Counted from the stretch's first letter, positions 39,078 through 51,389 are shown. The stretch: DNA of 64,000 nt from an uncultured Verrucomicrobiae bacterium (GCA_963772365.1 CAVYXA010000001.1:992001-1056000); one strand, 5' to 3'. Translations and numbers: made by a program. The notes: generated by a model not told the origin, from the letters alone.

Positions 39078-41828
39078 TCAGATTGAGAACGCGTCCGTAA
39101 CCAAACGCTTTTGTTCGCGTTTGTGCGTCGTCAATGCGCCAACTGCCGGGCTCGCGCTGGCATCGCGACCTGCATAGGCAATCTCGCGGCAAAACATCGT
39201 GCGTAATCTCGGCTCGATGAATGTCCAGGCCCCCACGTTCTGCGATTCTTCCTGACACCACACGAGTTTCACTCCCTTGGGAAACCCCTTCATCAATTGG
39301 CGCAGCTTCTCTTCTTCGAACGGATAAAGCTGCTCGATTCGAATGATCATTGCGTTGTCGATCTTCTTTTCGTCACGGTGACGCAGCAGATCGTAATAAA
39401 CTTTGCCTGAGCAGAAGATGACGCGCTTGATCTTGCTCGAGGTCCCGACCTCGGGCGAGCTGAGAATTTCTTCAAATCGCCCGCAGGTAAATTCCTCTGC
39501 GCGCGACGAAGCAACCTTTGCCCGCAACAGACTTTTCGGCGTCATAATGATCAGTGGCTTAACGAATGGCCGTTTCATCTGGCGTCGCAGGACGTGAAAG
39601 TATTGCGCGGCAGTAGTCAGATTACAGACCTGCATGTTGTCCTCCGCGCAAAGCTGGAGAAAACGCTCGAGCCGCCCGCTGGAATGTTCCGGGCCCTGCC
39701 CTTCATAACCGTGCGGAAGGAGCATTACGATGCCACTTGGCCGTTGCCACTTCGATTCCGCCGACGCGATGAATTGATCGATGATCGTCTGCGCCCCGTT
39801 AGCAAAGTCGCCAAACTGCGCTTCCCAGAGACAGAGCAGGTTTGGATAATCGAGCGAGTATCCGTAATCGAAACCGAGCACGGCCGCTTCCGATAACGGA
39901 CTGTTGTAAATACAAATCCGCGCCTGCTTTTCAGCCAGATGCATGAGCGGCACGTATGGCTTGCCGGTTCGAGCGTCGTACAAAATCGAATGCCGCGTGC
40001 TGAATGTCCCACGTGAACTGTCCTGGCCAGACAATCGAATCGGCGTCCCTTCCAGCAGCAGCGATCCAAATGCGAGTGCCTCGGCGTAATGCCATTCGTA
40101 CGGACCGCCATCTTCGAAGACTTTGCGCTGATGATCCAGAACGATTCGTTTAATTTTCGGCTGGACTTCAAATCCTTCCGACACACGGGTCAGACCATCG
40201 ACAATTGTCTTGAGCGTCTCGTCACTGATTGCGGTCGGCTCCGATTCACTGGTGTAAGGCGGTTGGAAAATCGCAGTCGATTCATTGAATTTCGCTTTAG
40301 CCGTTCCTTTCCGCTTCTCAATTGCTTTCACTTCGTCCCGGGCCATTTCCAGCCGAAGATCGAATTCTGTTTCGAGCGAAGCGGCGTCGTCCTCGCTTAA
40401 CGTTCCGGCCTCGAGCAACTCGCGTTTATAAAGCTGCGTGACTGATGGATGCTTTTCAATCTTCGCGTAAAGATAGGGCTGAGTGAACGAAGGCTCGTCG
40501 CCCTCATTGTGGCCGTAGCGGCGATAGCAGTACATGTCGATGACAACGTCGCGTCCGAACTCCTGGCGGAAATCCAACGCCAGATCCGTAACGAATTTCA
40601 CGGCCAGCGGATCGTCGCCGTTCACGTGGAAAATGGGCGCCTCGATTATTTTTGCGATGTCTGTTGCGTACATCGACGAACGTGCGTCTTTCGGAAGCGT
40701 GGTGAATCCGATCTGATTATTGACCACGATGTGAAGAGTCCCGCCGGTGCAGTAGCCGGGCAGTTGTGAAAGATTAAGCGTTTCGGCGACAATTCCCTGC
40801 GCGATAAATGCCGCATCTCCATGCACTAAAAGCGGCAAGACTTTGCGCCGATGCTCGGTGTCTTCGCGAATGCGCTGCCGGGCTCGCGTTTTACCTTCCA
40901 CAACAGGATCGACAGCTTCCAGGTGGCTCGGATTAGCCGAAAGACGAATCTCGACCTCAGCGCCGGAAGCGAGTTTGCGCACGGTGTGATAACCCAGATG
41001 ATATTTCACATCGCCATCGCCGGCCACGAGCTCAGGGACATAATTTTCGCTGAACTCGGTGAAGATGACCTTGAGCGATTTGCGCAGGAAATTCGCGAGA
41101 ACATTGAGCCGGCCGCGGTGGGCCATTCCCATTGAGATTTCCTCGATGCCACGATCCGGACATCGATGCAGAATCGTGTCGAGAATCACCATGAGCGATT
41201 CCGCGCCTTGCAGCGAAAACCGTTTTTGCCCGACGTAACGCGTGTGCAGGAATGTTTCGAACGACTCCGCCTCCATCAGCGCCCGCAAAAGCGCGACCTG
41301 GACTGCGTGCGCAGTCGACCGTTTTTCCGGGCGAGTCTCCAATCGTCGCCGGATCCATTCGCGAACCCGCGCGTCCTGAATGTGCATGAATTCGGAGCCG
41401 ATGGAATCAGCATAAATTCGCTCCAAGCCGGCGATCATCTCCCGCAACGTCATTTGCCGATTATCGAAGAAGAATTTCGAAGAAACGCGGAGATCAAGGT
41501 CGGCTTCGCTGAACCCCAACTCTGGCAGGGTAAGCAAAGAATTTTCCGGCCGGGTCTCTGCTAAGGGATCAATTCGCGCAATCGTGTGCCCAAGCGTGCA
41601 ATAGGTGTAAACCAAACCATCGACACGCGTCTGCAATGCAACTTCGTGGGCTTGCGCCGTCTCCGCTACAGCCGCGCCATTGCGCTGCGGCAGATTCCCA
41701 AGCTCAAACCCTTCAAAAAACGCCGACCAACTCGAATCGACCGAGGCCGGGTCTTCCTGCCAACGCCGATAATTTTCCTCGATCAAATCCAGATTCGCCC
41801 GCGTGTCGATGGTTGTGCGCATGTCCAA
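39078..41828 (-). CDS. sucA: 2-oxoglutarate dehydrogenase E1
   Basis: [54 protein letters not shown]. Confidence 0.98.
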   Translation of the reverse strand: MDMRTTIDTRANLDLIEENYRRWQEDPASVDSSWSAFFEGFELGNLPQRNGAAVAETAQAHEVALQTRVDGLVYTYCTLGHTIARIDPLAETRPENSLLTLPELGFSEADLDLRVSSKFFFDNRQMTLREMIAGLERIYADSIGSEFMHIQDARVREWIRRRLETRPEKRSTAHAVQVALLRALMEAESFETFLHTRYVGQKRFSLQGAESLMVILDTILHRCPDRGIEEISMGMAHRGRLNVLANFLRKSLKVIFTEFSENYVPELVAGDGDVKYHLGYHTVRKLASGAEVEIRLSANPSHLEAVDPVVEGKTRARQRIREDTEHRRKVLPLLVHGDAAFIAQGIVAETLNLSQLPGYCTGGTLHIVVNNQIGFTTLPKDARSSMYATDIAKIIEAPIFHVNGDDPLAVKFVTDLALDFRQEFGRDVVIDMYCYRRYGHNEGDEPSFTQPYLYAKIEKHPSVTQLYKRELLEAGTLSEDDAASLETEFDLRLEMARDEVKAIEKRKGTAKAKFNESTAIFQPPYTSESEPTAISDETLKTIVDGLTRVSEGFEVQPKIKRIVLDHQRKVFEDGGPYEWHYAEALAFGSLLLEGTPIRLSGQDSSRGTFSTRHSILYDARTGKPYVPLMHLAEKQARICIYNSPLSEAAVLGFDYGYSLDYPNLLCLWEAQFGDFANGAQTIIDQFIASAESKWQRPSGIVMLLPHGYEGQGPEHSSGRLERFLQLCAEDNMQVCNLTTAAQYFHVLRRQMKRPFVKPLIIMTPKSLLRAKVASSRAEEFTCGRFEEILSSPEVGTSSKIKRVIFCSGKVYYDLLRHRDEKKIDNAMIIRIEQLYPFEEEKLRQLMKGFPKGVKLVWCQEESQNVGAWTFIEPRLRTMFCREIAYAGRDASASPAVGALTTHKREQKRLVTDAFSI

Positions 41829-41890
41829 GATTAATCTGCAACCATTGATCGACGCGGCAAGTCCAAGCGCTAGCCTGCGGGCATTTCAAT

Positions 41891-42011
41891 TGTCATTCTG
41901 AGCGAAGCGAAGAATCTCAAATCGTTTAGTTTCGACCCGTCGAAGAAATGATCAGAGATGTTTCGCTTCGCTCAATTCGCCACAGGACGAATCCGCCGTG
42001 GCGGACATGAC
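41891..42011. repeat. Family-A palindrome whose right arm is interrupted by a 30-bp mini-element (41976-42005)
   Basis: ...TTCGCTTCGCTCAA[TTCGCCACAGGACGAATCCGCCGTGGCGGA]CATGACA, compared with the uninterrupted arm at 37642-37669. Confidence 0.85.
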
Positions 42012-42066
42012 AGGTAGGCGGTGGCAAGTTGACAGTGTGAACGCCGCCTCGTTACTTGCAGCGCAC

Positions 42067-42552
42067 ATGACTGCCACAGAAGTGTTTGAATCCGTTACGA
42101 GCGGCGGCGCCAGTGATTTTGCCGGGGCGGTCACCATTCTAAATCGCCATAAGCTGTGGTGTTTAATTGGCGGGCTGGCCGTCAATTGTTATGCGGAACC
42201 AGTTTACACGATCGATGTCGATCTTGTCGTAATGGCGAGTAACCTGGAGCAAATTGGTCGCGAGTTTGAAGCAAGCGGATTGCAAGTGAAGCCATTCGAG
42301 GATTCAATGAACGCCCAGCGACCAGGCAGCAAGCTGAACATCCAATTTACAACCGATCCCCGCTACCAGGAGTTTCTGGCGGATGCAACGGAACGCGAAG
42401 TTCTTGGGATGCAAGTTCCCGTAGCCCGTCTGAAGGACATCATTCGCGGGAAGGTGTGGGCGTGGAAAGACGAGCTTGATCTAATTCGAATCGCGGAAGC
42501 GAATCCGGGACTGCAGCGACTGATTCCGGAAGAAATCACTAAACAGTTATGA
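42067..42552 (+). CDS. Nucleotidyltransferase-fold hypothetical protein
   Basis: CLIGGLAVNCY...TIDVDLV (GG..A / DxD pattern), GKVWAW. Confidence 0.7.
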   Translation: MTATEVFESVTSGGASDFAGAVTILNRHKLWCLIGGLAVNCYAEPVYTIDVDLVVMASNLEQIGREFEASGLQVKPFEDSMNAQRPGSKLNIQFTTDPRYQEFLADATEREVLGMQVPVARLKDIIRGKVWAWKDELDLIRIAEANPGLQRLIPEEITKQL

Positions 42553-43682
42553 CTCGGATAGTGTCGTCGCTGACCGCGCTGTCGATCATCGCAACATCGA
42601 CATCACTCCTCGCCCAAGCCGATCCCGCTTCTGAACCGGCGGTGCTAGCGGTGGCAAAGGTATTGCCTGCTGTCGTAAGTATCAACACCGAACGCGTGGT
42701 GCGGCGCCAAATCCACGATCCGTTTGAAGATTTCTATGCGCAGTTTTTTGGGAACTATCGGGTCCGCCCGCGGGAGATCCGCCAGAAAATCCAAAGCCTC
42801 GGGTCGGGTTTCATCGTCGATCCTGCGGGCGACATCGTGACTAATCAACACGTCGTGGAACGGGCCGCGGATTTAAAAATTCAGGTCACGACCAATGACA
42901 ACAAGACCTACAATGCGCGCTTCATTACTGGCGACGAGAAGAAGGACCTGGCCTTCATCAAGATTGAAGCGAAAGACCCGTTCCCGTTCATCAACCTGGA
43001 AAATATTTCGCCAAACTTGCTGGGCGAAACGGTGATCGTGGTCGGCAACGCGGTCGGTTACGGCAGCTCGATCAGCCGCGGAGTTTTGAGCGCGGTGAAA
43101 CGCGACATCACCATCGATAACATCGAGTACAAGGACCTTGTCCAGACCGATGCCGCAATCAATCCGGGCAACAGCGGCGGCCCCGTCATTGATCTATCCG
43201 CTCGTTTAGTTGGGATCAGCTCGGCCAAAATGGCGTTCACACCGCAGGGGCTACCGACACAGGGGCTCGGTTTTGCCATTCCCGCAAACGTTGTCAGAGA
43301 CAGCGTGAATCAATTCAAAAAGATCGCCGAGAAGCAACCGGCGCCGACTGAGCCTGGTAACACACAAACATCGCGTGCAGAGCGAATGTTTGGAATGCAG
43401 CTTCAGGATCTCACTGATGAGCTTTCCGATGCGCTGGGTTATGCGCGCGGTCACGGCGTGTTGATTGCCGCGGTCGAGCCCGACAGCCCGGCTGACGAGG
43501 CGGGCATCGTCCGTGGCCTGATGATTTACCGCATTGGCAACTACGATGTGAACTCGACAAAACAAGTGGAGGATTTGCTGCAGCAAGCGACCTCTGGCGC
43601 GTCTGTTGATTTTGCCGTGGGAGTGGTTCGCTCGCGCGGGCGCGGTCAACGAATTGAAACTTTATCGCTTACGGCCCGTTGA
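42549..43682 (+). CDS. HtrA/DegP-like serine protease with one PDZ domain
   Basis: LGSGFIV, TNQHVV, DLA, QTDAAINPGNSGGP, C-terminal PDZ. Confidence 0.93.
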   Translation: MTRIVSSLTALSIIATSTSLLAQADPASEPAVLAVAKVLPAVVSINTERVVRRQIHDPFEDFYAQFFGNYRVRPREIRQKIQSLGSGFIVDPAGDIVTNQHVVERAADLKIQVTTNDNKTYNARFITGDEKKDLAFIKIEAKDPFPFINLENISPNLLGETVIVVGNAVGYGSSISRGVLSAVKRDITIDNIEYKDLVQTDAAINPGNSGGPVIDLSARLVGISSAKMAFTPQGLPTQGLGFAIPANVVRDSVNQFKKIAEKQPAPTEPGNTQTSRAERMFGMQLQDLTDELSDALGYARGHGVLIAAVEPDSPADEAGIVRGLMIYRIGNYDVNSTKQVEDLLQQATSGASVDFAVGVVRSRGRGQRIETLSLTAR

Positions 43683-43742
43683 CAGCGGCGAAAAAATTCG
43701 CAACGCAATAAGAGGTTAGTTGTCTCATGAAAAATCGGGATC

Positions 43743-44678
43743 ATGATTAAAGTCGAGAATCTCACCAAGCGTTACGCAGGGCAGACTGCGATCCAGGATT
43801 TGAATTTCGAAGTGGGCAAGGGCGAGATCATGGGATTTCTCGGGCCCAACGGCGCCGGCAAAAGTACCACTATGCGGATTCTGGCCAGTTTCATGCCCCC
43901 GACTTCGGGACGCGCGAGCGTGGCCGGTTACGATGTTTTCAAACAATCGCTTCAGGCTCGATCGCACCTCGGCTACATGCCGGAAAATGTACCGCTCTAT
44001 AACGACATGCGCGTGACCGAATATCTGAATTACCGCGCTTCACTTAAAGCTGTGCCGCATCGAAAAATGGCGGAGCGCTTAGGCGATGTGAAAGAACTGT
44101 GCGGTCTAAAAGATGTGGAGCGGAAATTAATCGGCACACTTTCCAAAGGATATCGGCAGCGGGTCGGGCTGGCGGATGCCCTTATTGCCGAACCCGATCT
44201 TCTCATTTTGGATGAACCGACGATTGGTCTCGATCCAAACCAGATTCGCCAGGTGCGCGAGTTAATTAAGAACCTCGGCGAACAACACACGATACTGCTT
44301 TCGACACACATTCTGCCGGAGGTCGAGATGACGTGCTCCCGGGTAATCATCATTCACAAAGGCCGGATCCAGGCATGCGATACACCGGAAAATCTTGTGG
44401 GAAAGATTCGCCAGGCCGGCGGGGTCGCTGTCGAAGTGAAGATTGGAAATGACAACGGAGCGGCGGAACTGAAAAAGATCTCGGGTGTGCGCGACGTCAC
44501 GACTGAGGCCGACGGAGAATGGAAGAAATTCTCATTGCGAGTCGAATCCGGTGTCGATGTTCGCGAAGAAGTTTTTCGACTGGCCAAAGCGCGAAATTGG
44601 AACCTGCGCGAGCTATCCCAGCGACGGGCCACACTGGAAGATGTGTTCGTAGAAATCACGCATACTGATGAAGTGTAA
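43743..44678 (+). CDS. ABC-2 type transporter ATP-binding protein (GldA-like)
   Basis: GPNGAGKST, LSKGYRQR, LILDEPT. Confidence 0.95.
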   Translation: MIKVENLTKRYAGQTAIQDLNFEVGKGEIMGFLGPNGAGKSTTMRILASFMPPTSGRASVAGYDVFKQSLQARSHLGYMPENVPLYNDMRVTEYLNYRASLKAVPHRKMAERLGDVKELCGLKDVERKLIGTLSKGYRQRVGLADALIAEPDLLILDEPTIGLDPNQIRQVRELIKNLGEQHTILLSTHILPEVEMTCSRVIIIHKGRIQACDTPENLVGKIRQAGGVAVEVKIGNDNGAAELKKISGVRDVTTEADGEWKKFSLRVESGVDVREEVFRLAKARNWNLRELSQRRATLEDVFVEITHTDEV

Positions 44679-44692
44679 AATGAGAGACTGCC

Positions 44693-45448
44693 ATGCGTAA
44701 ATTCTTCACGTTGCTCATGCGCGAAGTGCGCGGCTACTTCTATTCGCCGATCGCTTACATCGTTCTGATTTTCTTTCTGTTGATCAGTGGGGTGGATTTT
44801 TATTTCCAGGTTTCGTTCATGAACCAGCGCCAGGTGCAGTACTCGGTGCAGGAAGCATTCTTCAATTCCGTGTTCTTCTGGTTCGCATTTGTCCTGATTT
44901 TTCCGCTCATCACGATGCGCCTCTTTTCGGAAGAATTTAAGCTCGGCACGATCGAACCGCTCATGACCGCGCCGGTGCGGGATTGGCACGTGGTTCTCTC
45001 GAAATTCTGCGGCGCGCTGATCTTTTACATCGTCCTCTGGATCCCGACGCTTCTTTATTTTGCGATCTTTCAGAAGGTCACAGGGCAACCCGCTGCGAAT
45101 TCGGCCGGCGCCTACTGGGGCTCGTATCTGATGCTTTTGCTGTTGGGAATGTTTTATCTTTCGGTGGGATGTTTCGCCTCTGTGTTGACTCGAAACCAGA
45201 TTATCGCGGCGATCATTTCCTTCTGTGCCATTACGCTCCTGTTCTTCCTGGGTCTGGTCCAGTTTATCCTGCTGGAGGTCAGTTCGTACACACGCGATTT
45301 ATTGGGCTATTTCTCAGCGATTGAACACATGGGCACGTTCTCGCGCGGCATCATCGACACCCGGCCCATCGTTCTTTATGTCAGTGCGACCATCCTGATG
45401 CTGACGCTCACTTATCAGGCATTTCAATCACGCAAATGGAGACTGTAA
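44693..45448 (+). CDS. ABC-2 type permease (GldF-like)
   Basis: YFYSPIAY, PLITMRLFSEEFKLGTIEPLMTAP, TRNQIIA. Confidence 0.9.
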   Translation: MRKFFTLLMREVRGYFYSPIAYIVLIFFLLISGVDFYFQVSFMNQRQVQYSVQEAFFNSVFFWFAFVLIFPLITMRLFSEEFKLGTIEPLMTAPVRDWHVVLSKFCGALIFYIVLWIPTLLYFAIFQKVTGQPAANSAGAYWGSYLMLLLLGMFYLSVGCFASVLTRNQIIAAIISFCAITLLFFLGLVQFILLEVSSYTRDLLGYFSAIEHMGTFSRGIIDTRPIVLYVSATILMLTLTYQAFQSRKWRL

Positions 45449-46956
45449 CCGAACCACAGACCAGCAAGCAGGCCAGCAAAGGTTCCGGGCGAAAAATCCA
45501 TCGCATCGGGATAGGTCTAAATGTCCTGGTTCAGCTGGTCTTGGTTTTTCTGCTGGCGACGATGGTGAACTCCATCGCATTCAAGCATTACAAGCGCTGG
45601 GATGTTTCCCGGAACCACAAGTACGCCCTCTCGGACAAAACGAAGCGTTTCCTCGACACCATCAAGGGCAAGGCCAAGATCATCGTTTTCTTCGCGCCCA
45701 ACACTCCGATCACCGCCGATGTTGAGAGCCTGCTGACTGAATATCAGTATGCCGGCCGCAGGAAGATCGACGTCGAATACATTGATCCTCAGCGAAACCT
45801 TTCCCGAGCAAAGGAGGTCCTCGAGAAATACAAAGTCGTTAGCGACGAGAGCCTGCTCATTATCGATTACAAGGGACAGAATAAGACGGTGAAGGCTTCC
45901 GAGATGGCCGATATCGACCAAAGCGGCGCGATGTTCGGCGAGGGTCCGCGAGTGACCGCATTCAAGGGAGAACAAGCAATCACGAGTGCGATGATGGATT
46001 TGGTCGAAGGGAAAAAGCAGTCCATCGGTTATGTGACCGGCCACGGGGAACCGGCGATCGCCAGCAGCAGCCCGATCTCGGTGCTGAAAGCATTCATCGG
46101 AAACGAGAATGTAAAATTTGAAGAACTCAATCTCTTCAATGTGGGCGCGATCCCGTCGGACGTGCAGATCGTTATGATCGATGGACCTAAATATGATTTT
46201 TCCGACCGCGAGATGAAATTGCTGCGCGATTTCTGGGAGAAGCATGGTCGCTTCCTTGTTCTTCTCGATCCTGCTGCCAAGACGCCGCGGCTGGATGCTT
46301 TCCTCAACGAGCTGGGAGTAAAGGTGAATGACGATCGCCTGATGGCGTTTTTGAAGACTGGCATTCAGGAGCTCGCGATCACGCGTGATGTTTACGCGCA
46401 ATTTTTGGGAGGCAGCCCGATCACGCTAAGACTCGCTGGCGCGCGAACGATATTAGTCGGCGGCACGTGCTCGCTTTCGCTGGATGCAAATCGAGTGCGT
46501 TCCGCCAATATCCAGCTTCAGCCGCTCCTTCAGGCCGAGAAAGGTTATTTCGCCGAGAAAGACTACAACTCAAACGATCAGGTCAAATTCCAGGCGGATG
46601 CCAAAGGCGCGGCCGCCGCGCCGCCCATCACCATCGGCGTTTCCATCGAAAAAGGCGGCAGTGCCGATGAGCGCGTTCAGGTCAATTCGTCGCGAATGGT
46701 GGTATCAAGCAATGCAACTTTCATTCAGGACAATGCGATTACGCAGGACCAGGAGGGATTGGATTTCATTTCCGCCTGCGTCAATTGGTTGCTGAGTCGC
46801 GAAAAGTTGATCGGCATCGCGCCCAAAGTCCCGCAGACACTCACGTTCAGTCTCACCGAAGCCTCATTGCGGAACCTGCGATGGCTAATTCTCGTGCTCA
46901 TTCCACTGGTCCCGGCTTTGATCGGCTCGTTCGTTTGGTGGCAACGTCGCGCCTGA
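45436..46956 (+). CDS. GldG-like ABC transporter auxiliary protein
   Basis: RWDVSRNHKYALS, GEQAITSA, YVTGHGE, VNWL, C-terminal TM ending WWQRR. Confidence 0.88.
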   Translation: METVTEPQTSKQASKGSGRKIHRIGIGLNVLVQLVLVFLLATMVNSIAFKHYKRWDVSRNHKYALSDKTKRFLDTIKGKAKIIVFFAPNTPITADVESLLTEYQYAGRRKIDVEYIDPQRNLSRAKEVLEKYKVVSDESLLIIDYKGQNKTVKASEMADIDQSGAMFGEGPRVTAFKGEQAITSAMMDLVEGKKQSIGYVTGHGEPAIASSSPISVLKAFIGNENVKFEELNLFNVGAIPSDVQIVMIDGPKYDFSDREMKLLRDFWEKHGRFLVLLDPAAKTPRLDAFLNELGVKVNDDRLMAFLKTGIQELAITRDVYAQFLGGSPITLRLAGARTILVGGTCSLSLDANRVRSANIQLQPLLQAEKGYFAEKDYNSNDQVKFQADAKGAAAAPPITIGVSIEKGGSADERVQVNSSRMVVSSNATFIQDNAITQDQEGLDFISACVNWLLSREKLIGIAPKVPQTLTFSLTEASLRNLRWLILVLIPLVPALIGSFVWWQRRA

Positions 46957-46963
46957 TTATCTC

Positions 46964-47054
46964 TGTCATGTTGAGCGAATCGAAACATCTCCACTCATTT
47001 CTGCCGGAAGCGAATCTGATTGATCAGAGATACTTCGCTTTCCTGAGAATGACA
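46964..47054. repeat. Family-A palindrome
   Basis: TGTCATGTTGAGCGAATCGAAACATCTC...GAGATACTTCGCTTTCCTGAGAATGACA. Confidence 0.8.
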
Positions 47055-47065
47055 GAACGATAGCC

Positions 47066-48937
47066 ATGAATTGGAAGACTACAGTCGCCCTTCTCGTGAT
47101 CGTTGTCGGTCTGGGGGTGTACCTGAAGTTCTATGAAATGAACCGGCCGACAACTGCCGAGGCCCGGGAGCAATCGCAAAAGGTCGTAAAGCTCGATCGG
47201 GATAAGATCGACGGGATCATGATTCAAAATGGCGATCAGACAATCGACCTCCGCCGACACGACAGTAAGTGGCGTCTCGAAAGGCCGATCAAGGATCAAG
47301 CTGATAGTTCCTTGATTCAGAATTTGCTCTTCGATCTCGAAGGTTGGGAAAAGGACGCCACAATTTCAGCGAAAGAAATCGAGGCGGATAAAAGCAAGCT
47401 GGCTGAATACGGCCTGAACAAGCCGAAGCTTCGTTTGAAATTAAGCGGCCCCGACGCGCCGCCGGAGATTCTTTTTGGAAAGGATGCCGCGCTCGAGGGC
47501 AAAATGTACGTCCGGTTCGAGAACTCGAAGGAAGCCCTCATTGTCCCTGGCACAGTAAAAAAAGATATCGACAAGAAACCCGAGGACTTCCGGGACCGTA
47601 AGCTAACCGACCTGATTGCGCCCCAAGTCACGCGCGTTGTTTTAAAAACGAATGCCGGCGAAATGGAGCTCCAGAAAAAAGACGATCATTGGGACATTGT
47701 GAAACCACTTCGAGCGAGAGGAGACGATCAGAAGATCAACGAATTGATCGCCCAGGTCACGAACGCTCGCATCGAGCAATTTGTCGCCAGCGATCAGGGC
47801 GACCTTCATGCCTACGGCTTGGCTGAACCTCGCGGCTCGATCACTTTATTCGGGCAGGACGACAAATCCGCCGGACGGACGGATTCGTCCCGTGGCGAAC
47901 AGGGGCAGATGCTCCAAATCGGCGGTCCCGCGGGCGCGGGAGAAAAACAAAAGGATCAAGTCTACGTCCGGTTCGCTTCGCGTGGTTTCGTTTACACGCT
48001 ACCGAAAAAAATCGAAGAAATCCTGAATACAAAGCCGAACGATCTACGCGACCGGCACCTGATCCGGATCGACACAAATATTCTCGATCGGATCACCATC
48101 GACAAAACAGGAGGGAAGAAAATCGTTCTCGCCCGAAAGGGTGAAAACTGGACGATTGTCAGCCTGAATAATGCACCGGCCAATTCCAGCGAGGTTCGTC
48201 GCTTAATTCAGATATTGCAGAATGAACAAGTCGCCAGATTTGTCGAAGATGTGGCCTCGAATCTGGCCAAATACGGCCTCGACAAACCGCAGCTGCAACT
48301 GACGTTCAGCTCTTTCGCTTCGGAAAATACTGCCGAGACGAAGGCAGGCGAACGTCCATTCGCGACGCTGGCGTTCGGCAAAGTGGAAGGGAACGATGTT
48401 TACGCCCGAGTCGGTGACGAACCGTTCATTGTGGCCGTGCCTCGCACTTTGCTCGATCAAATTTTTACCGATCCCTTGCAGTGGCAGGAATTGTCGATCT
48501 TCAATTTCAAACCGGAACAGATCCAGCGGTTCACCCTTGCGACTGGCCAGGAAGAATTGTCGATGGAACGCGGGGAGAATAAGCAGTGGCGATGGGTAAA
48601 AGGGAGTGGCACGATTAATCAGACGAATGTGCAGTCACTTATTAACACGGTGGCGAAGCTACATGCTGTGCGTTGGTCCGGTGCGACGATTCCGCAGCAA
48701 GGCTTGGAGAAACCGCAACTGAGTTTCACCTTCATGACCGGAACGCAACCGAAAGATTCCCACGTGTTGAAAATCGGCATTCGCACTCCGGACGGAATGT
48801 GGTTTGCCAAAGAAGAAGGGCGCGACGGAACGTTTGCCATTAGCAATCCCGATTACGACGCGTTGAAGCTGCCGCTCGTGAAAGTGGCCAAACCTTCATC
48901 CACTCCGACGGTTACCCCGAGCGCGACCCCGCACTAG
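47066..48937 (+). CDS. DUF4340 domain protein (three repeats)
   Basis: N-terminal anchor, repeated YGLxxP and DxRDR motifs, follows GldG as is typical. Confidence 0.85.
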   Translation: MNWKTTVALLVIVVGLGVYLKFYEMNRPTTAEAREQSQKVVKLDRDKIDGIMIQNGDQTIDLRRHDSKWRLERPIKDQADSSLIQNLLFDLEGWEKDATISAKEIEADKSKLAEYGLNKPKLRLKLSGPDAPPEILFGKDAALEGKMYVRFENSKEALIVPGTVKKDIDKKPEDFRDRKLTDLIAPQVTRVVLKTNAGEMELQKKDDHWDIVKPLRARGDDQKINELIAQVTNARIEQFVASDQGDLHAYGLAEPRGSITLFGQDDKSAGRTDSSRGEQGQMLQIGGPAGAGEKQKDQVYVRFASRGFVYTLPKKIEEILNTKPNDLRDRHLIRIDTNILDRITIDKTGGKKIVLARKGENWTIVSLNNAPANSSEVRRLIQILQNEQVARFVEDVASNLAKYGLDKPQLQLTFSSFASENTAETKAGERPFATLAFGKVEGNDVYARVGDEPFIVAVPRTLLDQIFTDPLQWQELSIFNFKPEQIQRFTLATGQEELSMERGENKQWRWVKGSGTINQTNVQSLINTVAKLHAVRWSGATIPQQGLEKPQLSFTFMTGTQPKDSHVLKIGIRTPDGMWFAKEEGRDGTFAISNPDYDALKLPLVKVAKPSSTPTVTPSATPH

Positions 48938-48966
48938 AATCCGAACGTCGGGAGTTTTTCGATCAG

Positions 48967-49080
48967 AAAGCGATGCGAAGACGCCTCGCACTCCTAAAGC
49001 ATTTCGTGCAAAATGAAATGAAGCTTTCTGTCGTTTCGCGTCAGCTTTTGGAAGTGCGCGGCGTCTTCGCACCGCTTTTC
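48967..49080. repeat. REP doublet, family B (AAAGCG..GCG...CGC..CGCACTCC)
   Basis: AAAGCGATGCGAAGACGCCTCGCACTCC ... GGAAGTGCGCGGCGTCTTCGCACCGCTTT. Confidence 0.8.
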
Positions 49081-49161
49081 GGGATGAAACACGAGCAAGA
49101 GATCTGCGTTGCCCACAGCATTTCAACATTGGCCAGTCAGCTTAAACAAAGCTTGCATTGA

Positions 49162-49629
<468 letters not shown>

Positions 49630-49767
49630 CGCGCATGCGCGCGCATCGTTACATCGTTAAATCGTTACAAGGTTGCAACGGTTAATGTCATCGCCCATGT
49701 AACAATGTAACTTTTTGATCGTTTCACTTTTCATCCTTCATCCCTCAACCTTCATCCTTAGAAAAAC

Positions 49768-51189
49768 ATGCCCAAAGACAAAACCCCATCTGACGTCAGC
49801 AAATTGATTAAAGATAACGACGTGAAGTTGATCGACTTCAAGTTCACGGATCTGCTCGGCACGTGGCAGCATTTCACGACTACGCTAACCGAATACAACG
49901 AAGAGATTTTTACCGATGGCCTTGGCTTCGACGGCTCGAGCATCCGCGGCTGGCGCGTCATCAACGCTTCAGACATGCTCGTGATTCCGGATCCGGCGAC
50001 AGCCTGGATCGACGTTTTTAATGCGGAAGCAACCCTTTCGCTCATCTGCACTATTGTCGATCCTATCACTCGCGAACCATACGACCGCGACCCACGCGGT
50101 GTGGCCGAAAAAGCCGAGGCCTATCTGAAAAGCACCGGCATCGCCGATACCGCATTCATCGGGCCGGAAGCAGAATTTTTCATCTTCGATGACGTGCGCT
50201 TCAGCTACGCGGCGAATTCGTCATTTCATTCGGTCGAAAGTGTGGAGGGGCATTGGAACAGCGCGCGCGAAGAATATCCGAACCTCGGCTATAAGATTCG
50301 GCCCAAGGAAGGCTACTTCCCGGTCTCGCCGATGGATAGCTTGCAGGACATTCGCAACGAGATGTGTCTGGAATTGGAGCGTGCCGGGGTAGCCATTGAA
50401 CGCCAGCATCATGAAGTTGCCACAGCTGGCCAGGCCGAGATCGACATTCGCTTCGCTCCACTCAAGCGAATGGCGGACAGTCTTCAATACTACAAATACA
50501 TCATTCGAAATGTTGCCAAACGGCACAACAAAACGGTGACGTTCATGCCCAAGCCGCTCTTCGCCGACAATGGTTCGGGGATGCACACCCACATCTCGCT
50601 TTGGAACGGCGATAAACCGCTGTTTGCCGGCAATGGTTATGCCGGCTTAAGCGATACCGCGCTCTTCTTTATCGGCGGCATTTTGAAACACGCCCCCGCC
50701 CTCACCTGTCTTACCAATCCGACTACAAACAGCTTTAAACGTCTCGTGCCGGGATTCGAAGCACCGGTCAATCTCGCTTATTCGGCGCGCAATCGTTCCG
50801 CCGCCATTCGCATTCCAACGTATTCGCCCAGCCCAAAAGCGAAACGAATTGAGTTTCGGACGCCCGATCCGGCAGCCAATCCCTATCTCGCGTTCTCGGC
50901 TTTGCTGCTAGCTGGCCTCGATGGAATCCAGAACCGGATCGATCCAGGCGACCCGCTTGACAAGAATCTCTACGAGCTGCCGCCGGAAGAACTCGCTCAA
51001 ATCGCCAGTGTCCCGGATTCGCTCCGTGGCGCGATCGAAGCACTCCAATCCGATCACTCGTTCCTTTTGCGCGGTGATGTCTTCAACGCCGAATTCATCG
51101 CAAATTGGATCGACATGAAACAAAAGGAATACGACGCCCTTCGCCTCCGCCCGCATCCGTATGAGTTCTCGATGTATTACGACGTGTAA
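49768..51189 (+). CDS. glnA: Glutamine synthetase type I
   Basis: [45 protein letters not shown], adenylylation site NLYEL. Confidence 0.98.
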   Translation: MPKDKTPSDVSKLIKDNDVKLIDFKFTDLLGTWQHFTTTLTEYNEEIFTDGLGFDGSSIRGWRVINASDMLVIPDPATAWIDVFNAEATLSLICTIVDPITREPYDRDPRGVAEKAEAYLKSTGIADTAFIGPEAEFFIFDDVRFSYAANSSFHSVESVEGHWNSAREEYPNLGYKIRPKEGYFPVSPMDSLQDIRNEMCLELERAGVAIERQHHEVATAGQAEIDIRFAPLKRMADSLQYYKYIIRNVAKRHNKTVTFMPKPLFADNGSGMHTHISLWNGDKPLFAGNGYAGLSDTALFFIGGILKHAPALTCLTNPTTNSFKRLVPGFEAPVNLAYSARNRSAAIRIPTYSPSPKAKRIEFRTPDPAANPYLAFSALLLAGLDGIQNRIDPGDPLDKNLYELPPEELAQIASVPDSLRGAIEALQSDHSFLLRGDVFNAEFIANWIDMKQKEYDALRLRPHPYEFSMYYDV

Positions 51190-51231
51190 TTTGGCTTTAT
51201 CGTTTCGCTGAACTTTCGCATCGAAGTGCTT

Positions 51232-51320
51232 GTGGAATGCGGGGCGTCCTCGCACCGCTTTTCTCTAAGCACTATTCCAAACCAAAAGCGATGCGAGGAC
51301 GCATACGCACTCCAAAAGCT
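51232..51320. repeat. REP doublet, family B
   Basis: GGAATGCGGGGCGTCCTCGCACCGCTTT ... AAAGCGATGCGAGGACGCATACGCACTCCAAAAGC. Confidence 0.8.
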
Positions 51321-51389
51321 CACGCGAAACGCGGCTACGCTTCCTCTGGCGAACGTTTGCCGTTATCTTTCGAACCACTATCCTTCGGC

